DNA from: an uncultured Thermococci archaeon
GTDB lineage: Archaea > Methanobacteriota_B > Thermococci > Methanofastidiosales > B48-G16
DNA length: 64,000 bases
Reading direction: 5' to 3'
NCBI GenBank assembly: GCA_964595645.1
Contig: CAZQQT010000010.1
Span: 1 to 64,000 of the forward strand
In this document: piece after piece, positions 48,762 through 59,206 of the stretch
How positions within the stretch are numbered: position 1 is the first letter of the stretch
Layout: the number at the start of each line of letters is the position of its first letter
Made by a program: the position numbers and the translations under genes
Notes under the pieces: generated by a model
Seen by the model: the letters and a program-made list of their open reading frames with translations, nothing else
Told to the model about the DNA's origin: nothing
Database searches by the model: none

Positions 48762-50675
48762 TTATTTACCTAACTCCTCCTTCATCTGCTCAATGGCAGC
48801 TGAAATTTCATCGACGGAGGCACCGTCCTCAATAGTACTCAAATCACCGAGTTCCTTGCCTTCATAAACACTTTTGAGTACACGTCTCATTATCTTTCCA
48901 CTGCGTGTTTTCGGTAACATTTTGACTATTTCAACTGCCTTTGGTGTGGCTATAGGGCCGACTTTTTCTCTTACAACCTGAGATATTTCTTTTTTTAACT
49001 CTTTCGAGGATTCGTAGCCCTTTTTAAGGACGACAAATGCAATGACAACAGTTCCCTTTATCTTATCTTCTACACCGACACAGGAGGTCTCAGCTATGGC
49101 ATCATGGGAAGCAACAGCTTCTTCAATTTCCCGGGTACCCAGTCGGTGTCCTGCGATTTTTATTACCTCATCTGCTCGTCCTAAGACCCAAAAGTATCCA
49201 TCTTCATCCTCGATTGCATAATCTCCCGTATAGTAGAGCTTTTTGTTCGGGAACCTTTCCCAGTACGTTCTCTTGTACCGTTCATCGTTCCCATAGATCG
49301 TCATGAGGTTTCCAGGAGGTAAGGGAGGCCTGGCAACGAGCGTCCCCTTTTCGCCTGGTGGTACTTCTTCTCCTTGCTCGTTCACGACAAGAAGGTCGTA
49401 GCCTACCACAGGTTTTGTAGGGGATCCTGGTTTTATTGGCAGAGACTCAATCCCTGGCATGTTGGAGAGCATGGGCCACCCTGATTCCGTTTGCCAGTAG
49501 TGGTCGATCACAGGCGCATTGAGTGTTTGGGTAGCCCACCCATAGGTCGATTTGTCCAGTGGTTCACCGGCCACGAAGAGATAACGGAGTGAAGAAAGAT
49601 CTCGCTCCCTTATCCATTTCTCTGGATACTTCTTTAGGATTCGTAGGGCAGTGGGGGCGCTAAACATGCACGTCACACCGTATTTCTCTACTATCTTCCA
49701 CCAAATCCCGGGATCGGGATGCACAGGCGTGCCTTCGTACATTATAGTAGGAATACCCAACAATAATGGGCCGTAGACAATGTAAGAATGACCAACAACC
49801 CATCCGATGTCACTCGTTGAGAAATAAACGTCCCGACCAGGTTGACAATCATAGATCTGTTTCATCGAAGCATGGAGGGCAACCATGTAGCTGCCGGTAT
49901 CCCTCAATACACCCTTGGGCTTTCCTGTAGTTCCGGAGGTGTAGAGGATATATGAGGGATCGGTACTTTTCAGTTGCTCCGGTTCTACATACTCCATACT
50001 TTTCGTTTCGAGAAGTTCCTTCCAATCAAGATCATTTTCCCTTCTTGGGGCGTCGGGATCCAACTCTCTGTTCAGAACAACTGTGTGTTCTACTTGCTCG
50101 GTAGCCATCTCTAGGGCATCATCAACAATGGGTTTCAACTTGATCACTTTTCCCTTCCGGCTTCCAGCATCGCATGTGAGAATCAGTTTTGGGTTGGCGT
50201 CGTCAATTCGTTCCGCAAGAGCTTCACGGCTGAATCCGGCAAACACGACGGAATGAATTGCACCAATACGGACACAGGCAAGCATTGCAATCGCTGCTTC
50301 TGGAACCATTGGCATATAGATAATAATGCGGTCACCTTTCTGTACACCGAGATTCTTCAGCACACCGGCAAATTTATTTACTTCTTTATACAGCTGATAG
50401 TACGTGTAAGTACGTGATTGCCCTGTTTCTGGGCTTTCCCATATGAGGGCGGTCGTTTCTCGTTTGTCTCCGAGTGCGTGTCTATCTACTGCATTGTAAC
50501 AGAGGTTGGTTTTTCCTCCGACAAACCAGCGGAAAAAAGGGTAGTTACTATCGTCCAGCACGGTGTCCCATTCATCGTACCAGTGAAGGTCTTCTGCTTC
50601 CTGTTCCCAAAACTCCTGAGGGCAGCTGAGAGAGGATTCATAGGTTTCTTCATATGAATTATATCTCATAGTCAT
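48762..50675 (-). CDS. AMP-forming acyl-CoA synthetase (acetate/propionate-CoA ligase, PrpE-like)
   Basis: YTSGTTGKPKGV, DHYWQTE, GRADEVIKIAGHRLG, PKTRSGKIMRR. Confidence 0.95.
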   Translation of the reverse strand: MTMRYNSYEETYESSLSCPQEFWEQEAEDLHWYDEWDTVLDDSNYPFFRWFVGGKTNLCYNAVDRHALGDKRETTALIWESPETGQSRTYTYYQLYKEVNKFAGVLKNLGVQKGDRIIIYMPMVPEAAIAMLACVRIGAIHSVVFAGFSREALAERIDDANPKLILTCDAGSRKGKVIKLKPIVDDALEMATEQVEHTVVLNRELDPDAPRRENDLDWKELLETKSMEYVEPEQLKSTDPSYILYTSGTTGKPKGVLRDTGSYMVALHASMKQIYDCQPGRDVYFSTSDIGWVVGHSYIVYGPLLLGIPTIMYEGTPVHPDPGIWWKIVEKYGVTCMFSAPTALRILKKYPEKWIRERDLSSLRYLFVAGEPLDKSTYGWATQTLNAPVIDHYWQTESGWPMLSNMPGIESLPIKPGSPTKPVVGYDLLVVNEQGEEVPPGEKGTLVARPPLPPGNLMTIYGNDERYKRTYWERFPNKKLYYTGDYAIEDEDGYFWVLGRADEVIKIAGHRLGTREIEEAVASHDAIAETSCVGVEDKIKGTVVIAFVVLKKGYESSKELKKEISQVVREKVGPIATPKAVEIVKMLPKTRSGKIMRRVLKSVYEGKELGDLSTIEDGASVDEISAAIEQMKEELGK

Positions 50676-50690
50676 ACACTATCTGACTTG

Positions 50691-50708
50691 TTTAAATGGA
50701 CATTTAAA
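50691..50708. promoter_or_regulatory. Palindrome over the acyl-CoA synthetase promoter
   Basis: TTTAAATG-GA-CATTTAAA. Confidence 0.4.
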
Positions 50709-50883
50709 TAGTTTGTTTTACTATATTATTTTTAAAACAGATGTATACTAATTCTTTATTTCAAAATGTACTTTTGTAGTTAATAAGTAAGCAAATAGTA
50801 TATGTTGATGTAGATTCGTCTACTAAGAAATCGCTCTGGAGACAATTTTATTCAGAAAAAAAGAATTAAATCCTGGCTGTATG

Positions 50884-50955
50884 AGCCCTGGGCGGGGGTT
50901 GAACCCGCGGCCTCACCCTTACCAAGGGCACGCTCTACCACTGAGCCACCAGGGC
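50884..50955 (-). tRNA. tRNA-Thr (GGT), no intron, CCA not encoded
   Basis: GCCCTGG TG GCTC AGTGGTA GAGC G TGCCC TTGGTAA GGGTG AGGCC GCGGG TTCAACC CCCGC CCAGGGC T folds as a cloverleaf; TATA ~22 nt upstream. Confidence 0.96.
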
Positions 50956-50995
50956 ACACTATAGAAAGATAACTCCTTCTATAAAAGGTTATCTC

Positions 50996-51736
50996 TCATG
51001 CAAAATAGGTGGCGATCCCCGTCTTGAAGGCAAGTACCCAGGCGACACCGACGTCGATAACGCCCTGCATCATGTTGAGCCCGATGATAATGTACCACGG
51101 GATCCACTCGATTGCTGTTTCTGTGGGCATCCCAAAAAACATGGGAATTGCGAAGTAGTAATTGATTATCGTCGTCGTGATCCCCCGGACGAGCAATGCC
51201 AGAAGGAGCGTACCGAGAAGAAGTGGTATCTGTTTGAAGATACTCACACCTTCGAACTCATAACTTCGGGTCAAAAGCCAGAAACTTAGATAAAATACGA
51301 TGGAGGAAACTGCCACGAGAATTCGTGAGACTATTTCTTTATCATGAAGCAAAATAAAAAAACTTCCAAAAAGCACAATAAGTGCAACGATACATATGAA
51401 AACACCTGTTAAAGTAAGTAAACGTTCTTTTTGTGCGTTTTTTTTCAATTTTAACGTCATAACTGTAGGAATAATAAACATCGGAACAGTAGCCATCCAT
51501 TTCATGGTGGCACCAATGAAGCCTGTGGGCGCAACAATGGAAATAATAAAGAACATCACGAGACTTGTTTCCAGCGCTACTTTAAATCCAAAGAGGAAGA
51601 AGGCGAGTAGGAGAGGGACAGCTACAAGATCAATCCTCATACCCCACTGCGTGGGAATATAGAGAGGGGAGATCTGAAGTACAGTTGAGATGGCGGCGAA
51701 CAGTGCGACGATAGTAATCTCATTGATTCGTTTCAT
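50996..51736 (-). CDS. ECF transporter S component-like membrane protein
   Basis: AxxxA motif in TM1 (ALFAAIS), IDLVAVP.L.AFFLFG, NYYFAIP; two extra TM helices inserted. Confidence 0.75.
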   Translation of the reverse strand: MKRINEITIVALFAAISTVLQISPLYIPTQWGMRIDLVAVPLLLAFFLFGFKVALETSLVMFFIISIVAPTGFIGATMKWMATVPMFIIPTVMTLKLKKNAQKERLLTLTGVFICIVALIVLFGSFFILLHDKEIVSRILVAVSSIVFYLSFWLLTRSYEFEGVSIFKQIPLLLGTLLLALLVRGITTTIINYYFAIPMFFGMPTETAIEWIPWYIIIGLNMMQGVIDVGVAWVLAFKTGIATYFA

Positions 51737-51776
51737 GAGTAAGAAATTGGTAGATTACTTAAAAGGTTTTCCATTT

Positions 51777-52259
51777 CTACTCATTTTTAAGTATTTTACC
51801 GACGGTTCTGTACAGGAGTAGTGCCAATACAATTCCAAATCCCGCTTGGAAGATATTTCCCGGGAGCTCGGCAATCGCCGGGCCTACTCCATAAAGCACG
51901 ATCTCCACAAGAAAATACCCGAGGACCATCTCAGATCCTCCTACTATCAACGCGAGTATTTCATTCTTTTCAGCGAGTTTCCCGACTAGGAGACCCTCTA
52001 CTCCTTTTATCACAAGAGTAAAAGGCGCCCAGTTTCCAAATCCTCCAATTAAATCTGCCAACGCCGATCCGATACCCCCTGCAAACCCACCAACTCTGAA
52101 TCCAAAACAGAGTGCAGAGAAAAAGATCATCGAGTCCCCAATATTGATATACCCCTTTGTCTGTGGGATTGGGATTCGGATAATGAGTGTACCTACACAG
52201 ACCAGTGCGGCCATCACACCTGCGAGTGCTATCTCTGTCGACTTCCTCTTTAGCATCAT
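51777..52259 (-). CDS. ECF transporter S component
   Basis: GVMAALV, IPIPQTKGYINIGD, GGIGSALAD, WAPFTLVIKG. Confidence 0.9.
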   Translation of the reverse strand: MMLKRKSTEIALAGVMAALVCVGTLIIRIPIPQTKGYINIGDSMIFFSALCFGFRVGGFAGGIGSALADLIGGFGNWAPFTLVIKGVEGLLVGKLAEKNEILALIVGGSEMVLGYFLVEIVLYGVGPAIAELPGNIFQAGFGIVLALLLYRTVGKILKNE

Positions 52260-52304
52260 AACTATTCAAGTTAATACTTGTATATAAAGTTTTCCCTTGC
52301 ACAG

Positions 52305-53407
52305 TTACGATTTTATAGCGGTGAGCACTATCTCTTTGTTTTCGCGGATCACCTGGGCAGTAAGATCCCTATCATTTCCGGCCATCACAAAGATTTTTTG
52401 GCCCGCAGTAAAAATATTTTTTACTGAAAATACATTGTAGGCACCGTCCGTTCTGAGGTACGCGATAGAATCGGGATCCAGTACTTGACTCACGATATAT
52501 CCTACTCCGGAGTACGCATCCGGACCCCCCAAAATGATTATGTTATGTTCGTTCTCGTAGGAGTCAAATTCATTGGGAAAAATCCTCTTTACCTCTATTT
52601 TGTTACTTTCTAAAAAGTATTTGAACCGCTCACCCTCCAGATACCAATCTATCGAATTGGATAATATAAATGCCTTTATTCTTTCCACAGTGATGGTGCG
52701 TGTTGCGGAGTTATTAGTTTCATCCTGTTCATCTACCATCTCCCGAAGATCCACTGTTACGGTGATGTCTATTTCTCCTTCGAATTTCGGGGTCCAATAG
52801 GTGAAAACAGATTTAAATCCACCGGGATCAAGAGATGTTATTTCTCTCTCGTCTAGAAGCGTATTTCCTTCATAAAATCCAACCCTGAACGATTTGGCTG
52901 TGGAAGTTTCACCGATGTTCTTTATCTCTGCTGATATCTGTATCTCTTCCTCTACCTTTGGCGTCGGGTTTGAAAGTGTAATCTCGGTAACTGTGAGATC
53001 TGATGCCTGCACATGAAGTATTTTTCCTGCTTGATTGTTCTCTTCATTACTTTCTTTAATTGCGTTATTAGGATCAACGATCGCTGTGAACAGGTAATCT
53101 CCAAATGAGAGCCCGCTGACATGGATTTCTATAGTTGTTGTCTCATTTGCAGGACAGTCTTTTTTTGTGGTGGCCTGATGTTCAACGATATCCGTTTCCA
53201 CATTTTTAAGAGCGTACCGTACCTCAACGCCGTATTTTGTGATGTTACTTTTGTTTATTATGTTAATATACAAGATTACCGAGCTTCCAGCAATGAGTTT
53301 TTCTCCCCGAAGATCGTCATCTGTCACTTCGAGATCGGGGAGTTCGTCGCTGTGCCCAGGAATCATCGAGAGAAGTATAAAAAAGATAAGAAAAAGAGAT
53401 ATTTTTC

Positions 53408-53411
<4 letters not shown>
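52305..53411 (-). CDS. Secreted CARDB-domain surface protein
   Basis: Signal peptide; two CARDB repeats (PDLEV/SDLTV...VD..N.I.E.NE.NN); C-terminal IIILGGPDA domain. Confidence 0.85.
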
Positions 53412-54789
<1,378 letters not shown>

Positions 54790-55101
54790 CTATATTTTCG
54801 CTCCACAGAACCGACAAAACTTTGCCTGCTTATCTATCTCCTTCCCACATTTTTTGCAGTGTTTTGTGTCTTTCTCGGAGACTTCTTCATCTGCAGGAGG
54901 TGTAGGTATTTCTTTCTCTGGAGTTTCTAAAAGTTCTAATTTTTTAGATACGATCTTCTTCACCGTTGAATTGAATTTCTTCTCTATTTCTGGTTTTATC
55001 TTTTTTTCCGTTTCCGCTAGAACTTCTTTTCTAACACTCTCATCCAGAATCTTTACAAAATCTGGTATTTCCAACGTTATCTGGAATTCTTCCTTTGTCA
55101 T
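54790..55101 (-). CDS. Small protein with C-terminal zinc ribbon
   Basis: GGAGG RBS; CKKCG...FCRFCG. Confidence 0.8.
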   Translation of the reverse strand: MTKEEFQITLEIPDFVKILDESVRKEVLAETEKKIKPEIEKKFNSTVKKIVSKKLELLETPEKEIPTPPADEEVSEKDTKHCKKCGKEIDKQAKFCRFCGAKI

Positions 55102-55152
55102 GCTATCTCCTCCTTATAAATAAGGCATGTATTCCTTATATATTTTTCTTAG

Positions 55153-55219
55153 AAAAGATCATCAGTCCGCCCATCTCTCATCATTCATCAGACGCTGTCG
55201 ATATCATCATCGATCTTTT
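55153..55219 (-). ncRNA. Box C/D methylation-guide sRNA
   Basis: C AUGAUGA (55210-55204), 12-nt guide, D' CUGA, C' AUGAUGA, 12-nt guide, D CUGA (55165-55162); 9-bp terminal stem; TATA at 55247-55240. Confidence 0.92.
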
Positions 55220-55505
55220 AAGAAAGTGATCATCGGAGGTATAAAAAGATTGTGGCATGATCTGGGTAGTTACTGCAGGAGGTGTCAGAGACAACTATTT
55301 CAGCGATTTAACTCACAGAAGCTTGTTCTGTAATTATAACACTCTATTCAGAAAGTGTAATATGTTTACCCTCTTTTTAAACCTGGTAACGTATTTTCAG
55401 TTTTCGTATCGGAGTTTTTTTATATGAACATATAAATTTTTTAGCTTACCAAAAAGCTTTTAAATGCTAACATACTATAATATACACAGCATATTTGCCT
55501 GAAAA

Positions 55506-55784
55506 ATGGGGTGGAATGTATGGATAGAAAGAAAAAAGGTAGGAATTGTGGTGGTGCTGTTGATGGTAGTTTTTGCTATAGTGGTGTTACCGTTGAATGC
55601 GTATGCACTTAGAGGAAAAGAACAGAGAATATTCGATTTTCATACTGTGACAACTCCGGTACTGCGAATGATTCCGATATTTGTCTCGATGATTGTGTGC
55701 GGGATCATCGCGGATTACCTGGGTAAACGAAGAGGGTATCTTCCGTTTGTGCAGGTAGAGAAATATACAAATAAGAAGGAGTAA
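55506..55784 (+). CDS. Small 2-TM hypothetical protein
   Basis: Two hydrophobic segments; TATA-like sequence upstream. Confidence 0.6.
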   Translation: MGWNVWIERKKVGIVVVLLMVVFAIVVLPLNAYALRGKEQRIFDFHTVTTPVLRMIPIFVSMIVCGIIADYLGKRRGYLPFVQVEKYTNKKE

Positions 55785-55856
55785 ACTTTTGTACCAGGTA
55801 TACAAGAAAACCTTAAAATACATGACGTTCTCTATAGTATAGAAGGAGGGTTTCAA

Positions 55857-56645
55857 ATGATCGATCTCAGTTCCATGAAAAAAATAACAGAAGGAAAAAC
55901 AAAGGCAGTGCATGAAAATCTCGAAGACAAAAAAACGGTCTACATGTACTTTAAAGATGATATCACAGCAGGAGATGGATTAAAACATGATGTAATTGAG
56001 GGTAAGGCGTTGATCAACTGGAAAATAAATAGGAATATTTTCGAGTATCTCGAGAGAAAGGGGATCACGACACATTACATCGCAAGTCCACAGGAACAGG
56101 TGGCACTCGTGAAGAGGCTCGATAGGAAAATCAACCTTGAGGTCGTGAGTAGGAGAGTTGCCACTGGATCCATTCTTGGATGGGGAGACGTTGAGGAAGG
56201 AACGAGGTTTGATCCGGTCATTACCCAGTTCCACTACAAAGATGATCCGCTTCATGATCCTATGCTCGACGATACGTATGTGAATTACATCATCGAAGAG
56301 AAGGGAGGAACAGAGTACGCAAAAATGCGGGAGATGAATGTCGAGGTGTTCGAATGTCTTGAGGATGCCTTCGCGCAGTTCAGCATACAGCTTATTGACA
56401 TGAAACTTGAGTATGGGATTATTGATGGGGAGGTGTATCTCATCGATGAGATTACCGGAGGCTCGTTCCGATTATGGCCCTACGCCCATGAAAATTCCGA
56501 TCTCGACAAAGAGAATGTATTGAACGAACTCGATCCGAATGGACGCCTTGACAAGGATATCTACAGAAAAGGTGGCGATTTTGAGAAAATAAAGACAAAA
56601 TTTGGAAAAATCGCAGAAATAACATCACATTTTAAGGAATTATAG
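55857..56645 (+). CDS. purC: SAICAR synthetase
   Basis: EGKTK, FKDDITAGDG, EVVSRRVATGS, YKDD..HDP, LIDMKLEYG, DEI...S.RLW, LDKD.YR. Confidence 0.93.
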   Translation: MIDLSSMKKITEGKTKAVHENLEDKKTVYMYFKDDITAGDGLKHDVIEGKALINWKINRNIFEYLERKGITTHYIASPQEQVALVKRLDRKINLEVVSRRVATGSILGWGDVEEGTRFDPVITQFHYKDDPLHDPMLDDTYVNYIIEEKGGTEYAKMREMNVEVFECLEDAFAQFSIQLIDMKLEYGIIDGEVYLIDEITGGSFRLWPYAHENSDLDKENVLNELDPNGRLDKDIYRKGGDFEKIKTKFGKIAEITSHFKEL

Positions 56646-56654
56646 GAGAAATCC

Positions 56655-57137
56655 ATGGCGAAATACCATATGTACAAGAAGGAACGGGAGATCACGGATC
56701 GAGATACACTAATCACGATACTTTCACAGGGGAAGTACACGACACTATCGTTGTGTAGGGATGATGAACCGTATATAGTTACACTCAGCTACGGTTATGA
56801 TAGAGAGAATAATGCGATCTACTTCCACACCGCACAAAAGGGATTGAAACTGGGGTTTATACGGTATAATCCGATGGTATGCGGAACAGTCATTGAAGAT
56901 AAAGGCTATATATCGGGGAAGTGTGCACACGCGTACCGTTCACTTGTCTTCTGGGGCACAATGCATGTAATAGAAGAGCTCGATGAGAAAAAACATGCGA
57001 TGGACGTACTGATCCACCATCTCGAGGAGAACCCTAAGCCCATTAGAAAAAAAAATTTACAGAACGACGACGCATACGAAAATGTGGGCATACTGAGACT
57101 GGACATCGAGGAGATGACCGGAAAAGCGGGACAGTAG
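56655..57137 (+). CDS. Pyridoxamine 5'-phosphate oxidase-like (NimA) flavoprotein
   Basis: PYIVTLSYG, IYFH.A.KG.K, YRSLVFWG, MTGK. Confidence 0.88.
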   Translation: MAKYHMYKKEREITDRDTLITILSQGKYTTLSLCRDDEPYIVTLSYGYDRENNAIYFHTAQKGLKLGFIRYNPMVCGTVIEDKGYISGKCAHAYRSLVFWGTMHVIEELDEKKHAMDVLIHHLEENPKPIRKKNLQNDDAYENVGILRLDIEEMTGKAGQ

Positions 57138-57144
57138 TACCAAG

Positions 57145-57690
57145 TTATACATCACACACGTGCTTAAAATCTTCAAGAAGTGTCGGCATCATATTGGGAT
57201 TGTAGACGGCTGCAGCAGGATGATAAAGCGGGAGTATCCTCATGCTTCCAAGGAGATTCTGGACTTCAAAGATCTCTCCGTGGATTTTTCCAATGCTTTT
57301 AGGAGTCAACCCAAAGTTCTTGAGGATATACTGTGTTGCGAAGTTGCCGAGAGTACATATTTTCTTCGGCGTTATCTCCTCTATTTGCCTATTGAGATAG
57401 GGAGTACACGCCTTTATCTCGTTGGGATTTGGATCTCTATTTTTCGGCGGCCTACATTTCAAAATGTTTGTGATATACATCTTTTCTCGTTCAAGACCGA
57501 TGGAATCGAGTAACTCATCCAGTATTTTGCCCGCTTTTCCCACAAACGGTCGCCCCTGTTTGTCTTCGTGGTAACCTGGGGCCTCTCCAATAAACATGAT
57601 ATCTGCATCCAACGATCCCTCTCCTACTACAATGTTGGTCCTCGTTTTCCACAGGTCACACCGTTGACAGTCTTGTATCTCATCATCCAT
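57145..57690 (-). CDS. udg: Family 4 uracil-DNA glycosylase
   Basis: CxxC, GEAPG, GRPFVG, KCRPP.NR.P, C, YHPAA. Confidence 0.95.
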   Translation of the reverse strand: MDDEIQDCQRCDLWKTRTNIVVGEGSLDADIMFIGEAPGYHEDKQGRPFVGKAGKILDELLDSIGLEREKMYITNILKCRPPKNRDPNPNEIKACTPYLNRQIEEITPKKICTLGNFATQYILKNFGLTPKSIGKIHGEIFEVQNLLGSMRILPLYHPAAAVYNPNMMPTLLEDFKHVCDV

Positions 57691-57746
57691 ACTCTGTATA
57701 TGGCAAACGATTATAAAAATATATGACCATCCTATACCGTGATCAA

Positions 57747-58583
57747 ATGAAAGAGAACATTCCGATCTACCAGGTAGATGCTTTCACGAGCTCTCCCTTT
57801 GCCGGCAACCCAGCTGCTGTATGTCTACTGTCTCAAACTTCCGCGTATGACGATCATATCTTTCAATCGATTGCGGCTGAAATGAACCTCTCAGAGACAG
57901 CGTTTGTCGTACCACAAGAAAAAAAATCATTGAAAGACACACAAAAATTTTCTTTACGATGGTTTACACCAAAAACAGAAGTACTCCTCTGCGGTCACGC
58001 AACACTTGCTACTGCCGCTGTATTGTTTTACGATATCGGCGTTACGACGGAAACAATTGAGTTTGACACAGTAAGTGGGATAGTTAGTGCAAAAAAAGAG
58101 GATTCTGGTGTTCTCATTGATTTTCCGCGGGACGATCCACTATCTCTCGATCTTCCAGAGAGTCTCTTTGAAGCGTTGGGGGCGGTCGAGTGTGAAGATG
58201 CACGTTACGCTGAAAGGACAAAAAAGCTCCTTCTCCGTCTGCCCGATGAAGAGGACGTGGTTACTCTTACACCCGATTTTGTGGCTTTGGAATCTGCTGA
58301 GATGAACAGAGAGGTGAGAGGTGTCATTGCAACCTCCACGAGTCAACAGTATGATTTTGTCTCTCGATATTTTGCTCCATGGATCGGTATCAACGAAGAT
58401 CCCGTTACCGGATCAGCACACACTGTGTTGGCACCGTACTGGTCGGAAATACTGGAGAAACAGGAAATGAATGCATACCAGGCTTCTCCACGCGGAGGAG
58501 AGCTTACAGTACGGTTAAAGGATGAACGAGTAGACATCATCGGTAATGCTGTTATCGTAATGAAAGGAGAGTTGTATCTGTGA
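57747..58583 (+). CDS. PhzF family isomerase
   Basis: VDAFT...GNPAAV, NLSETAF, LCGHATLA, EDPVTGSAH. Start re-called to ATG 57747. Confidence 0.94.
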   Translation: MKENIPIYQVDAFTSSPFAGNPAAVCLLSQTSAYDDHIFQSIAAEMNLSETAFVVPQEKKSLKDTQKFSLRWFTPKTEVLLCGHATLATAAVLFYDIGVTTETIEFDTVSGIVSAKKEDSGVLIDFPRDDPLSLDLPESLFEALGAVECEDARYAERTKKLLLRLPDEEDVVTLTPDFVALESAEMNREVRGVIATSTSQQYDFVSRYFAPWIGINEDPVTGSAHTVLAPYWSEILEKQEMNAYQASPRGGELTVRLKDERVDIIGNAVIVMKGELYL

Positions 58584-58634
58584 GAGGAAACCCCACTTCA
58601 AAACACTTTTATACCATTGCATACCATTCCACGT

Positions 58635-59168
58635 ATGGAACGAGAAGGACTTGATGTAGTAGCGAAGCTAATGGCTGTTGCCGGTAGAACAGCGCCAAAG
58701 GCAAAGGGAAACGATTTCATTGTGATAAAAGCTCTCAATGAGAAAGAAAAAAAACAACTTGCCGAAGAAATGAGAAAAACAAGTGAAAAGATAGGGTTCA
58801 AATTTTTCCTCCGCGATGCTAATAATGTCGAAGATTCCGATAAAATCGTGCTCGTTGGAGTCAAAGGAAAGGAAACAGCAGGTCTTGACTGCAAAGCTTG
58901 TGGATTCACCTGTGAAGAGAATGAAAAGACACTTGTGGAGGGGTATGGATACAAAGGGCCACTGTGTGCATTACGTCTCACCGATTTGGGAATCGCGTTG
59001 GGCTCGATGGTAAAAACTGCCAATGATCTCTGTGTGGATAACAGAGTCATGTTCTCCATTGGTATCGGCGCGATAAACGCTGGACTGATCGATACCGAAA
59101 TTGCTTTTGGCATCCCGCTCTCCGTCAAGGGAAAGAGTATCTACTTTGATAGAAAACGCCAAAAATGA
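58635..59168 (+). CDS. DUF2148-type ferredoxin-domain protein
   Basis: RTAPKAKG, DCKACGF.C, DLGIALGS, VDNRVMFSIG, KSIYFDR. Confidence 0.85.
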   Translation: MEREGLDVVAKLMAVAGRTAPKAKGNDFIVIKALNEKEKKQLAEEMRKTSEKIGFKFFLRDANNVEDSDKIVLVGVKGKETAGLDCKACGFTCEENEKTLVEGYGYKGPLCALRLTDLGIALGSMVKTANDLCVDNRVMFSIGIGAINAGLIDTEIAFGIPLSVKGKSIYFDRKRQK

Positions 59169-59206
59169 CAAAAGTTTTTTATAGGCGGCCAGTATAAGGG
59201 AAAAAC

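Noticed and set aside
50676-50883. AT-rich gap 3' of tRNA-Thr as an integration site or replication origin
   Set aside because: No integrase, no duplicated tRNA 3' end, no ORB repeats and no cdc6 nearby.
55127-55427. ORF 55127..55333 and a ~56-codon ORF starting at 55257
   Set aside because: The first is antisense to the C/D sRNA and its promoter. The second has no RBS and no protein-like composition.
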